Assembly: GCA_046350615.1 (NCBI GenBank)
Contig: JAXMAA010000001.1
Coordinates: 72,480 to 136,479, forward strand
DNA from: Candidatus Saccharimonadales bacterium
GTDB lineage: Bacteria; Patescibacteriota; Saccharimonadia; Saccharimonadales; UBA7683
Direction: 5' to 3'
DNA length: 64,000 nt
The notes under the pieces were generated by a model, which saw nothing but the letters and a program-made list of their open reading frames with translations, made no database searches and had not been told where the DNA came from. This document shows, piece after piece, positions 36,267-44,283 of this stretch (positions are counted from its first letter, which is position 1; the number at the start of each line of letters is the position of its first letter). The translations under genes were made by a program, and so were the position numbers.

Positions 36267-36299
36267 ACATAAAATGTATCATATACATATATTTTATGT
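36267..36299 (-). promoter_or_regulatory. nested palindrome (ACATAAAAT-N15-ATTTTATGT) abutting the antitoxin start; candidate TA operator/promoter
   Basis: It is a 9-bp inverted repeat with an inner GTATcatATAC palindrome. A TATGAT -10-like box lies 11 nt upstream of the ATG. Confidence 0.4.
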
Positions 36300-36387
36300 C
36301 AAATAACTACTATGCACCAAACCTGACAACGATAATCCTTGCCAGCAAAAGTACGCTCCATAAATGCACTCAGCAAGTTTCTCAGTT

Positions 36388-37254
36388 TTACAGTTTGGCC
36401 CAAAGAGCGGATTGCAGTGCACTTTTAAATTGCAGTTCTCGTAGTTGTGGGTTGCCACCTTCCCAAATTCTTCGGGTACTGTGCGAAAACCAGAAGCCCG
36501 CCAGCACCAATGCTGCTATGGGGTCGAGACGTTCAGCACAATGCTCTTCAACAGTGAACCCGCTATGCGCAACATCCACCAGAAGCGCAACCTCTTCAAT
36601 ACCTTTCCTGCCCATACCCATCCAGTTCCAGTCAATAAGCTGCACGCTCCTGTCTTTAGGATTGTAAGCTAAGTTATCAGATCGAACATCTGAATGTGTC
36701 AGTGCAAATTGATCTCTTTCGCTTAAATATGCCTCAGTTACATCTGCGTATGTTTGAATGTTTGCTTTGATTGCCTTTGCGTACCCAGGGTGATCCGCTA
36801 ACTTATCGAGTAATTTTTCCTGATATTTCGGTTCATCTACAAGCTCTTGCCAGCCGTTAGCCACATCAAAATCCGAAAGCACAGCTCGATCTTCTTCTGT
36901 GAGTGCCATACTAGAAAGTTCATCCAACGCCTGAAAAACTGCATCAACTTTTTGAGCATTCCAGCGATTTGACCAATCAAGATGTGAGAGATCAGGCAGT
37001 ATAAAACCATCTTGTTTTTCGAGCAGGATCTCGGGAATGTGCAGGTAGCCTTTCTGCTTGAGCCATTTATATGCCACGAGTTCTTTTGCAATGAATCTTT
37101 TGCTGTCTGCATCTGTTGCAAGCTTTATAAAAACGGTCGTACCATCTGCAAGCGTGATAATCCCCCGTTTTGCAAGCGAATAGCCGCCAGTAGTTGGCCG
37201 AAACGTATCCATTGTAGCATCAACCATCTGCCAGGTGATTTGCCTTGCACTCAT
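36388..37254 (-). CDS. aminoglycoside-phosphotransferase/choline-kinase-like (protein-kinase-fold) phosphotransferase
   Basis: The catalytic loop LTHSDVRSDNLAYNP is followed by VQLIDWNWMG, the APH-type HxDxxxxN...IDW pattern. Confidence 0.7.
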   Translation of the reverse strand: MSARQITWQMVDATMDTFRPTTGGYSLAKRGIITLADGTTVFIKLATDADSKRFIAKELVAYKWLKQKGYLHIPEILLEKQDGFILPDLSHLDWSNRWNAQKVDAVFQALDELSSMALTEEDRAVLSDFDVANGWQELVDEPKYQEKLLDKLADHPGYAKAIKANIQTYADVTEAYLSERDQFALTHSDVRSDNLAYNPKDRSVQLIDWNWMGMGRKGIEEVALLVDVAHSGFTVEEHCAERLDPIAALVLAGFWFSHSTRRIWEGGNPQLRELQFKSALQSALWAKL

Positions 37255-37278
37255 AAAGTTAATTGTAACAGATTATAT

Positions 37279-37875
37279 TTAGCTGATTTCGCCGAGTTCT
37301 ACCCGTTTGAACTGGCGGATAACGGTGTTCTCACCGAATTTGGCGATGTTTTCTTTGAGGTATTCGCCCACGGTTTGATCAGGGTTTTTGATGTATGGCT
37401 GATCAAGCAGACACTTTTCGGCAAAATGCTTTTTGAGCATACCTTCTACAATATTTTCAATCATATTCTCTGGCTTGCCTTCATTCTTGGCTTTTTCAGA
37501 AAATTCAGCTTTAACTCGCTCACGCTCTTCTGCCGGAATATCTTCAACCGAAACGTACTCTGGTGCTGAAGCCGCAACATGCATCGCAATATCGCGAACA
37601 AATGATTTAAAACCATCCGTTCGAGCCACAAAATCAGTTTCGCAGTTCACCTCTACCAAGGCACCGATGCGCTCGCTATGCACGTATGCATCCACTATCC
37701 CCTGGCGGGCTTCTCGCTCACCTTTTTTCTCAGCCTTAGTTAAACCTTTTTTACGGAGTGCCTCAAGAGCTTTATCAAAATCACCGTCAGCCTCGGTTAA
37801 TGCGACCTTCGCATCAGTAAGACCAATACCCGTGAGATCTTTTAATCGTTTAATTTCTTCAATGGATACTGCCAT
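37279..37875 (-). CDS. tsf: translation elongation factor Ts (short form)
   Basis: It has the UBA-like N-terminus MAVSIEEIKRLKDLTGIGLTDAKVALTEADGDFDKALEALRKKG and the segment VEVNCETDFVA. I prefer the ATG at 37875. Confidence 0.93.
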   Translation of the reverse strand: MAVSIEEIKRLKDLTGIGLTDAKVALTEADGDFDKALEALRKKGLTKAEKKGEREARQGIVDAYVHSERIGALVEVNCETDFVARTDGFKSFVRDIAMHVAASAPEYVSVEDIPAEERERVKAEFSEKAKNEGKPENMIENIVEGMLKKHFAEKCLLDQPYIKNPDQTVGEYLKENIAKFGENTVIRQFKRVELGEIS

Positions 37876-37888
37876 GTTCTCTCCTCGT

Positions 37889-37959
37889 GTCATTCCGAAC
37901 TTGATTCGGAATCTAGTCTAATTATTTCATGGGATCCTGAATCAAGTTCAGGATGACAA
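37889..37959. repeat. 71-bp MITE/REP-like element with terminal inverted repeats GTCATTCCGAA...TTCAGGATGAC and two internal hairpins
   Basis: The sequence is GTCATTCCGAActtgaTTCGGAATctagtctaattatttcatggGATCCTGAAtcaagTTCAGGATGACAA, located between rpsB and tsf. Its closest relative is at 56907-56975. Confidence 0.75.
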
Positions 37960-37963
37960 CCAG

Positions 37964-38674
37964 CTATTCTGCTTTTGGTGCTTTTGCGCTTGCTTTACCT
38001 TCAGAGATTGCCGATACAACGTACTCAAGCAAAATCTGGACTGCCTTGACGGCATCATCGTTGGCAGGAATTGGGAAATCGATACCACTTGGATCGGCGT
38101 TGCTGTCTACCACGCCAATCACTGGCACGCCAAGACGTTTCGCCTCTTTAACCGCTAGATGATCAGTAACCACATCTGTTACATACACTAGCCCAGGTTT
38201 GCCATGAAGATCTTTAATACCACCATACAGCACGTTCATCTGATCAATTTCTTCTTGGAACCGCTGCACTTCAAGCTTGCTGTAACGGTTAGCTAACTCA
38301 CCACTTGCCATTTTGTTTTCAAGATCTTGCAGGTGCTTAATACGGCCATTCATAGTAGTAGTGTTGGTTAGCATACCGCCAACCCAACGGTTCACTACGT
38401 AAGGCATTCCCGTTTCTTCTGCTGCCTTTTGCACCAAAGCCTTTGCTTGTCGCTTTGTACCAACCAAGAGAACTTGTTTACCGCCAGCCACAGCTTTTAC
38501 CACCTCTGGCAACGCAGCCTCAAGCGCTTCAACCGTTTTGGTCAAATCAATAATGTGATTGCCAGCCCGTTTACTATGAATAAACGGCGCCATCTTTGGG
38601 TGCCATCGGCTTGTTGTGTGGCCAAAATGTACGCCACTCTCAAGTAATTTTTTCATATCGACAGATACTGCCAT
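37964..38674 (-). CDS. rpsB: 30S ribosomal protein S2
   Basis: Supporting sequence includes LLESGVHFGHTTSRWHPKMAPFI, LLVGTKRQA and VIGVVDSNADP. Confidence 0.96.
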   Translation of the reverse strand: MAVSVDMKKLLESGVHFGHTTSRWHPKMAPFIHSKRAGNHIIDLTKTVEALEAALPEVVKAVAGGKQVLLVGTKRQAKALVQKAAEETGMPYVVNRWVGGMLTNTTTMNGRIKHLQDLENKMASGELANRYSKLEVQRFQEEIDQMNVLYGGIKDLHGKPGLVYVTDVVTDHLAVKEAKRLGVPVIGVVDSNADPSGIDFPIPANDDAVKAVQILLEYVVSAISEGKASAKAPKAE

Positions 38675-38807
38675 CTGTTAAATCCTTTCGTTCTTCACGG
38701 AAAAGCTACTGCTGAGAAAATAAAGATATTTTCACCAGAGAAGGATCCCCTCTCCCGCTGATTAATGATTACTCATATAGAGTAACAGATATAAGAAGGT
38801 TGATCAA

Positions 38808-39239
38808 CTACTTACCGATAGAACGAGCACTAATAATCACACCAAACCCCGCTGCGAGGAGTATCAGACCAAAAAATTGTAAGCTGGAAACTTTTTCTTT
38901 AAAAATAAAGTAGCTTGCGATAGTTGAGAGAAAGATCGCACCGCCGAACACGATTGGTGCAACAATCCCTACCTTATTTACCGTGTAGGCCTTGTTAATT
39001 GCCATCACAAAAAAAGCGATCGAGACACCGCCCAGCATCGCAAAAACAATTCCGCTTTTACTATTTACGAATAGTTTTTTACCCAGCAACGGAATAACTG
39101 CCGCTATTGGCACCACTGCGGAAATCAAGTTAGTAATTGCAGCAGCAAGATTAGTGTTGGCATTTCTGGAAGCTGCGACTCCAAACATAATACCAATCGC
39201 ATAAAAAACCATCGCGAGAAGAATATATACCATTACCAT
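38808..39239 (-). CDS. small multi-TM membrane protein, EamA/DMT-like transporter half
   Basis: The 143-aa protein has 4-5 hydrophobic helices and a pattern resembling the EamA domain. Confidence 0.5.
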   Translation of the reverse strand: MVMVYILLAMVFYAIGIMFGVAASRNANTNLAAAITNLISAVVPIAAVIPLLGKKLFVNSKSGIVFAMLGGVSIAFFVMAINKAYTVNKVGIVAPIVFGGAIFLSTIASYFIFKEKVSSLQFFGLILLAAGFGVIISARSIGK

Positions 39240-39363
39240 AACTGTAGCAGATTGCTAACTAAATAACATCCGTGGAATAACCAGATATTTTCACGAGCTT
39301 AAGATGGTGTATTAAAATGGTTGGTGTTTTAAGGTTCGGGTAGAATTAAACGCCTGAAATGTA

Positions 39364-39392
39364 TTGACTTTCTTATACAAGCATGCTACTAT
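39364..39392 (+). promoter_or_regulatory. strong sigma-70 promoter TTGACT-17-TACTAT (TGC-extended)
   Basis: The sequence is TTGACTttcttatacaagcatgcTACTAT. It is followed by a UUCG-tetraloop hairpin, TTGGCttcgGCCAA, at 39407-39420. Confidence 0.65.
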
Positions 39393-39427
39393 TTAGTCAA
39401 GCTCAATTGGCTTCGGCCAACAGAGTA

Positions 39428-39599
39428 AAGAAGGAGGGCGAGTTGATCTCGCTAACTTGTGCTCATTCGTATGAATTCGAGCACAGCAGCTCGAAGATCC
39501 TTGTCGAGGTAGATCTCGAATCAAATATATTCATATTCTGAAGATCCCTACGCTAGCCACCCTCCTTCTTAACAACCAAACTAATACGCAAGGTGGCTA
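39428..39599 (+). promoter_or_regulatory. structured leader with mutually exclusive SD/anti-SD pairings upstream of the T4CP-like gene
   Basis: AAGAAGGAGGG (39428-39438) is the exact complement of CCCTCCTTCTT (39560-39570). TAGCCACC (39554-39561) is the exact complement of GGTGGCTA (39592-39599), which contains the SD of the 39604 gene. Confidence 0.5.
39443..39541 (+). CDS. 32-codon leader sORF (MISLTCAHSYEFEHSSSKILVEVDLESNIFIF)
   Basis: It is not in the track because it is under 60 aa. It starts at TTG, 5 nt after a strong AAGGAGGG SD, and ends in TGA at 39539-39541. Confidence 0.35.
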   Translation: MISLTCAHSYEFEHSSSKILVEVDLESNIFIF

Positions 39600-39603
39600 C
39601 GGC

Positions 39604-42291
39604 GTGACAATATTTTTGATCTTACTTCTAACATTGCTTGCTACGGGAGCAATATTTTTTATTTTCAACCTCTTTTTAGACACAAAAAAGAAACATGCGT
39701 GGTTTAATGCCATGGAATCGAAGGTGCTACTTATAGAAATACCTCGCACAAACGATAAAAAAGAGCTTTCGGCCGAACACATGTTTGCAAGCTTGCACGG
39801 TATTTTAAAAAACAAACGCGAGCTAAAAGCGCATCAAGAATATCAAGAACATATCGGGTTTGAGATTGTCAGTATCGGTAATAAAATTCAGTTTTATATC
39901 TGGACACCGGCTATGCTTACCTCTTTTGTGGAAGGGCAAGTATATGCTCAATATCCCGAGGCTCAGATTAAACAAATTGATCCGGAAGATGATTATGTTC
40001 ACCAAATACCCGAAGGCCACTACCGTCAAGTAGTCGAGATCGGCTTAACCGAAAATGAGACTCTGCCAATTAAAACATTCCTCAGCTTTGAGGTGGATCC
40101 ACTCGCCGCCATTACGGCAACACTTACCAAGCTCGAGGCAGAAAACGAGATGCTTGGTATTCAAATTCTGGCCAGACCTGTTGATGATACATGGCACAAA
40201 AATTCAGCCAAAAAAGCAGAGTTAATTAAAAATGGCGGTGGTTCATCAATCTCAAGACATGGCTGGCTTGCGCAAACCACAGGCGCACTTTGGAAGCCAC
40301 CGGAAGAAACCACCACTGCGACAAAATCTGAAATTTCAGAACGTGACAAAACTCGCATTACAGCTATTGAAGAAAAAAGCCGCAAACTTGGCTATCAAGT
40401 TAAAATCCGGGTTATTTATAGTAGTCCGCCCGAGGTACAACTCAGCTCAAGAATGAAGATTCAAGCACTACTAGGGGCATTTAAGCAGTTTAATACCACC
40501 AATTTGAACGGCTTTAAACAAACCACCAGCAAGCTAGAAGATTTTGATAAATATAAAGCTCGTAGTTTCTTCGATAAAGGTTTTATACTTAATATCGAAG
40601 AGCTCGCTAGCGTGTACCACCTCCCCCACAGCAACGTAGCCACCCCCGGAATCGTCTGGGCACGTGCACGAACCGGCGAGCCACCATCAAACTTACCTAT
40701 CTATACGCCGGGTTCGGTTGATATCAGCCCTATCGGCGTTACAACATTCCGAGGTGATTATCAGTACTTTGGCCTTACCCGTCGCGATCGTGGCCGTCAC
40801 GTATATATTATTGGTCAAACTGGCGTTGGTAAAAGTGGTCTACTAGAGCTTATGACGTCGGCAGATATTACCACCAATCAAGGATTTGCGCTGATTGACC
40901 CGCATGGTGATTTTGCCATCAATACCCTCCAACGAATTGCCCCAGAACGAATTAAAGACGTTATCTATTTCAATCCGGCCGATACCGAATTCCCCATTGG
41001 TTTTAATCCACTTGAGGTACAGAACGAATCGCAAAAAACACTGGTAGCTTCAGAAATCATCGGTTCGCTCAAGAAAATGTTTGATAGCTGGGGGCCACGC
41101 CTCGAATACATTTTGCGCTACACCATCCTCTCTTTGCTAGAATACCCCAACACAACCATGCTTGATATCACTCGCCTGCTGACCGATAACAAGTTTCAGA
41201 AAGAGGTCGTGAGCCGAGTGACCGACCCTGTTGTTCGCAACTTTTGGGATAAAGAGTACGCCAGCTGGAACGAAAAATTTAGAACTGAAGCTGTTGCGCC
41301 AATTTTAAATAAAGTCGGCGCCTTCACTGCAAATCCTATCATTCGCAATATCGTTGGCCAGCCAACCAGTGGCTTTAATGTTCGTCAGGTTATGGATGAA
41401 GGCAAGATCTTGGTTATGAACCTTTCGCGCGGCTTAATTGGCGAGGATAACGCCGCTATTCTTGGCTCCCTGCTAGTTACCAAAGTACAGCTTGCTGCCA
41501 TGAGCCGAGCCGACATTGCAAAAGTTGAAGATCGCCGCCCCTTCTACTTTTATGTTGATGAGTTTCAAAACTTTGCCACCGAATCGTTTGCAACCATCCT
41601 CAGCGAGGCTCGCAAATATGGCCTCAACCTCACCATTGCTAATCAGTATATTTCCCAGATGATACCCGAGGTCAGCGGTGCCGTATTTGGCAACGTGGGA
41701 AGCATTATATCGTTCCGGGTTAGTCCTGAGGACGCAACCTCATTGCAAAAATACTTTGAACCGCAGTTTGAGGCTGCCGACTTAATTCAACTCAATAACC
41801 GCGACTTTCTGGCGAACCTTTCAATCGGGGGTGAAAAAACTGTACCATTTTCAGCCCGAACCATGGATTTGCCCGGATATATAGAGGGTTCAATTGCACA
41901 GATAATAGTACACAACCGTCAACTTTTTGCACACCCTAAGGCTGAGATTGAAGCCTTAATTCGCGGGACAAAAGAACATCCCACAAGCAGTCAACAAAAA
42001 TCAACTCCCACCACGCCACGGGTTTTTGATAGAAATACTGCCACACAGAAGCTTGCCCGTTCCGCTCTGGGTGTTGAGCAACTCACGCATGCTGTTCCCG
42101 AACAAACTGAGTCTGTCGGCGCCATCAACACAAAATCTTCAGATCAAGCGCCCATCGAAAGCACAAAGAAGAAGAAAACTCGCCGTGGCAAACGTGGCGG
42201 CAAGAAAAAAGCCCAAGCACAACCTCCAGAAGGCCCACCCACAGCTCCTAACTCAAACAATAGCGAAGAGACAGTGTATCTCCGGAAGTAA
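39604..42291 (+). CDS. membrane-anchored P-loop ATPase of the VirD4/TraD/TraG (type IV coupling protein-like) family, 895 aa
   Basis: It has an N-terminal TM (IFLILLLTLLATGAIFFIFNLFL), Walker A HVYIIGQTGVGKSGLLELM followed by IDPHGDF, Walker B FYFYVDEFQNFAT, the segment LTIANQYISQM, and a basic low-complexity tail KKKKTRRGKRGGKKK. Confidence 0.7.
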   Translation: MTIFLILLLTLLATGAIFFIFNLFLDTKKKHAWFNAMESKVLLIEIPRTNDKKELSAEHMFASLHGILKNKRELKAHQEYQEHIGFEIVSIGNKIQFYIWTPAMLTSFVEGQVYAQYPEAQIKQIDPEDDYVHQIPEGHYRQVVEIGLTENETLPIKTFLSFEVDPLAAITATLTKLEAENEMLGIQILARPVDDTWHKNSAKKAELIKNGGGSSISRHGWLAQTTGALWKPPEETTTATKSEISERDKTRITAIEEKSRKLGYQVKIRVIYSSPPEVQLSSRMKIQALLGAFKQFNTTNLNGFKQTTSKLEDFDKYKARSFFDKGFILNIEELASVYHLPHSNVATPGIVWARARTGEPPSNLPIYTPGSVDISPIGVTTFRGDYQYFGLTRRDRGRHVYIIGQTGVGKSGLLELMTSADITTNQGFALIDPHGDFAINTLQRIAPERIKDVIYFNPADTEFPIGFNPLEVQNESQKTLVASEIIGSLKKMFDSWGPRLEYILRYTILSLLEYPNTTMLDITRLLTDNKFQKEVVSRVTDPVVRNFWDKEYASWNEKFRTEAVAPILNKVGAFTANPIIRNIVGQPTSGFNVRQVMDEGKILVMNLSRGLIGEDNAAILGSLLVTKVQLAAMSRADIAKVEDRRPFYFYVDEFQNFATESFATILSEARKYGLNLTIANQYISQMIPEVSGAVFGNVGSIISFRVSPEDATSLQKYFEPQFEAADLIQLNNRDFLANLSIGGEKTVPFSARTMDLPGYIEGSIAQIIVHNRQLFAHPKAEIEALIRGTKEHPTSSQQKSTPTTPRVFDRNTATQKLARSALGVEQLTHAVPEQTESVGAINTKSSDQAPIESTKKKKTRRGKRGGKKKAQAQPPEGPPTAPNSNNSEETVYLRK

Positions 42292-42323
42292 TGTCTGAGC
42301 CCGTACCTGAAAAGTTCCTTTTT

Positions 42324-42413
42324 GTCATTCCTACTTAGGCGGGAACTCAGTTCAAATAGTAGATCCCGGATCCACGGCATGTCGCCATGGCATGCAAGTC
42401 CGAGATAACAAAA
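42324..42413. repeat. 90-bp member of the GTCATTCC...ACAAAAG repeat family
   Basis: The sequence runs GTCATTCCtacttaggcGGGAAC...GGATCCACGGCATGTCGCCATGGCATGCAAGTCCGAGATAACAAAAG. Its core is ~80% identical by eye to 53838-53883. Confidence 0.65.
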
Positions 42414-42442
42414 GATTGGTTCGAAAATCAGGTGATTGAATA

Positions 42443-42471
42443 TTGACTTCTTCATCTGTTAGTGCTAGTAT
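42443..42471 (+). promoter_or_regulatory. rpmE promoter TTGACT-17-TAGTAT (TGC-extended)
   Basis: The sequence is TTGACTtcttcatctgttagtgcTAGTAT. Confidence 0.55.
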
Positions 42472-42547
42472 TGTCAGGTTATATCTAAGCGCGCCTGCAG
42501 CCCTGTCCACTGCTAACCGCCCAAACTAATTGGACTTGAAGGTATTT

Positions 42548-42916
42548 ATGAAGAAAGATCTGCACCCAACAGATTACCGCCTGGTTGTGTTCCAGGATAC
42601 ATCAAGTAATTTTAAAATTTTGACCCGCTCTACCGCTGCCTCAAACGAGACTATCAAGTGGGAAGACGGCAACGAATATCCGCTCATTAAAGTACACGTT
42701 TCAAGCGCCTCTCACCCATTCTTCACCGGTGAAGAAAAAGTTCTCGACATCGAAGGCCGCGTCGACAAGTTCAAAGCCCGCGCTGAAGCTGCCGCGAAAG
42801 CCAGAGAAGAAAAGCAAGCAAAAATCGCAACTGCCAAAGAAACTGAAAAGAAACCAGCAAAGAAAACTGCTGAGAAAGAAGAAACAACCGAAGTCGAAAC
42901 TAGTTCACAGGAATGA
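42548..42916 (+). CDS. rpmE: 50S ribosomal protein L31 (type B, no CxxC) with a Lys/Glu/Ala-rich C-terminal extension
   Basis: The protein reads [17 protein letters not shown]...[24 protein letters not shown], followed by ~45 charged residues. I prefer the ATG at 42548, which is preceded by GAAGG. Confidence 0.9.
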   Translation: MKKDLHPTDYRLVVFQDTSSNFKILTRSTAASNETIKWEDGNEYPLIKVHVSSASHPFFTGEEKVLDIEGRVDKFKARAEAAAKAREEKQAKIATAKETEKKPAKKTAEKEETTEVETSSQE

Positions 42917-44161
42917 GCTACTTCTTTGCTGCTGGTAATCCCAGTTTTGAATTACCGTTGGCCTAATTGTTTGGAGCCACTCTTCTGCACTTGCGCGCTG
43001 CAAATCTTCGAGGCGTTGGAGTGCAGCCTTTGCCATTTCATCTACCTCATATGGACTAAGGTATTGAAAGTAATTATCTTGCATATTCATTAAAGTATAA
43101 CCGGAAAGCGATTGATCAAAATGGCGTCTCTGGTCTTCTAAAGTATACCAGCAAGCAAAGCCAGTCTTACCAACTAATCGCTCCGACTCATCGAGACCAT
43201 AGCCCGTTCTCATTTTGAGGCTCTTCACAGTGCCATCTTCGTCAAATTCAAATTTTGGCGTTTGGCGTATATTATCCGCTTCTTCGTATTGCTTTAGAAT
43301 ATTCGCCACAGTTGCCTCATCGTAAACTTGTGCGGTTAGAAAGCCAGCGAATTCTTGCATTTGATCAGCCGAAGCAAATCGCATAACAAAATCTTCTCCA
43401 TAAACCACGAAGTTGGCAATTTTATCAGAGCTACTTTTTAGAACGCACGTTTTACCATTAAGCCTGACGTATTTTATGTCCCCGTTTTCAACCCCAACTA
43501 CATCAGTTTCACGAACTGAGTCTTTATTTTTTATTTCAACAACCGGTAGTTTAAGTCTATTAGCGTGAGCCCTAATAATGTTTGCCAGAGATTCATCAAA
43601 TGGTTTACCATCTGAGTTCACTTTTATGAAAAAGCCTTGTAGCTCGAGATTACCAGACTCAGTTGACCCAAGACCCACAACTTCGTTATAAGTATTTTCA
43701 CTTGACGCCGCTAGCAACTGATCTGGATCAAACTTTACATATCGCTCTGATTGTTTTCGCAACATATCTATATCACCACCATGTGTACCGACATCCCGCG
43801 AATGCGTTAAAATGACGTTATCTTCTGGCGCCGTTACAATCAACCCCGCATTTCCCCACGTACCGGTATGATCTTGATCTATTAATGACATAGACACTGC
43901 GACTCGATCACCTACTCTTTCCGGGTTGTCTATTAAAGATACAGTTTGGTCGCCAGGTTGCTCATCAGCACTCCCATAAATTCCTTCCTGGCTAAAACTC
44001 AACGCGGAAGCAAAAACCATCCTCTGACCTATGGGATTAATTGCGTGCACCAGATAACGGTAACTCTGTGGATTATGTTGCTCAGGCTCAGTCACATTAC
44101 CCCATAACTCAGTTCGAGGGGCTAAATGGTTTGGATTTTGAAGTGGAATATCTGCGCTCAT
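42905..44161 (-). CDS. hypothetical soluble protein (418 aa)
   Basis: It is a long clean ORF with a near-consensus promoter directly upstream. No family is recognised. Confidence 0.65.
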   Translation of the reverse strand: MSADIPLQNPNHLAPRTELWGNVTEPEQHNPQSYRYLVHAINPIGQRMVFASALSFSQEGIYGSADEQPGDQTVSLIDNPERVGDRVAVSMSLIDQDHTGTWGNAGLIVTAPEDNVILTHSRDVGTHGGDIDMLRKQSERYVKFDPDQLLAASSENTYNEVVGLGSTESGNLELQGFFIKVNSDGKPFDESLANIIRAHANRLKLPVVEIKNKDSVRETDVVGVENGDIKYVRLNGKTCVLKSSSDKIANFVVYGEDFVMRFASADQMQEFAGFLTAQVYDEATVANILKQYEEADNIRQTPKFEFDEDGTVKSLKMRTGYGLDESERLVGKTGFACWYTLEDQRRHFDQSLSGYTLMNMQDNYFQYLSPYEVDEMAKAALQRLEDLQRASAEEWLQTIRPTVIQNWDYQQQRSSSFL

Positions 44162-44193
44162 ATTTTGTATTTGTATCTAGAATTAGTATGTTA

Positions 44194-44222
44194 ATTTTAG
44201 CAAAAATTTGCTTTTCTGTCAA
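44194..44222 (-). promoter_or_regulatory. promoter TTGACA-17-TAAAAT (TGC-extended) for the 418-aa hypothetical gene
   Basis: The minus strand reads TTGACAgaaaagcaaatttttgcTAAAAT. Confidence 0.6.
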
Positions 44223-44283
44223 TATGTTCTATCAATTGTTATGGGGCTATACACACACCTCTGTTAACTGTATACTACACACT

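Noticed and set aside
36254-37921. Plus-strand track ORFs 36254-36667, 37012-37569 and 37433-37921.
   Set aside because: Each lies antisense to a well-supported minus-strand gene (kinase-like, tsf) and has low-complexity or Ser/Cys/Phe-rich translations typical of antisense frames.
42144-42455. 103-aa minus-strand ORF downstream of the T4CP-like gene.
   Set aside because: It runs antisense through the 3' end of the 895-aa gene and through repeat element 42324-42413. It is a repeat-derived artefact.
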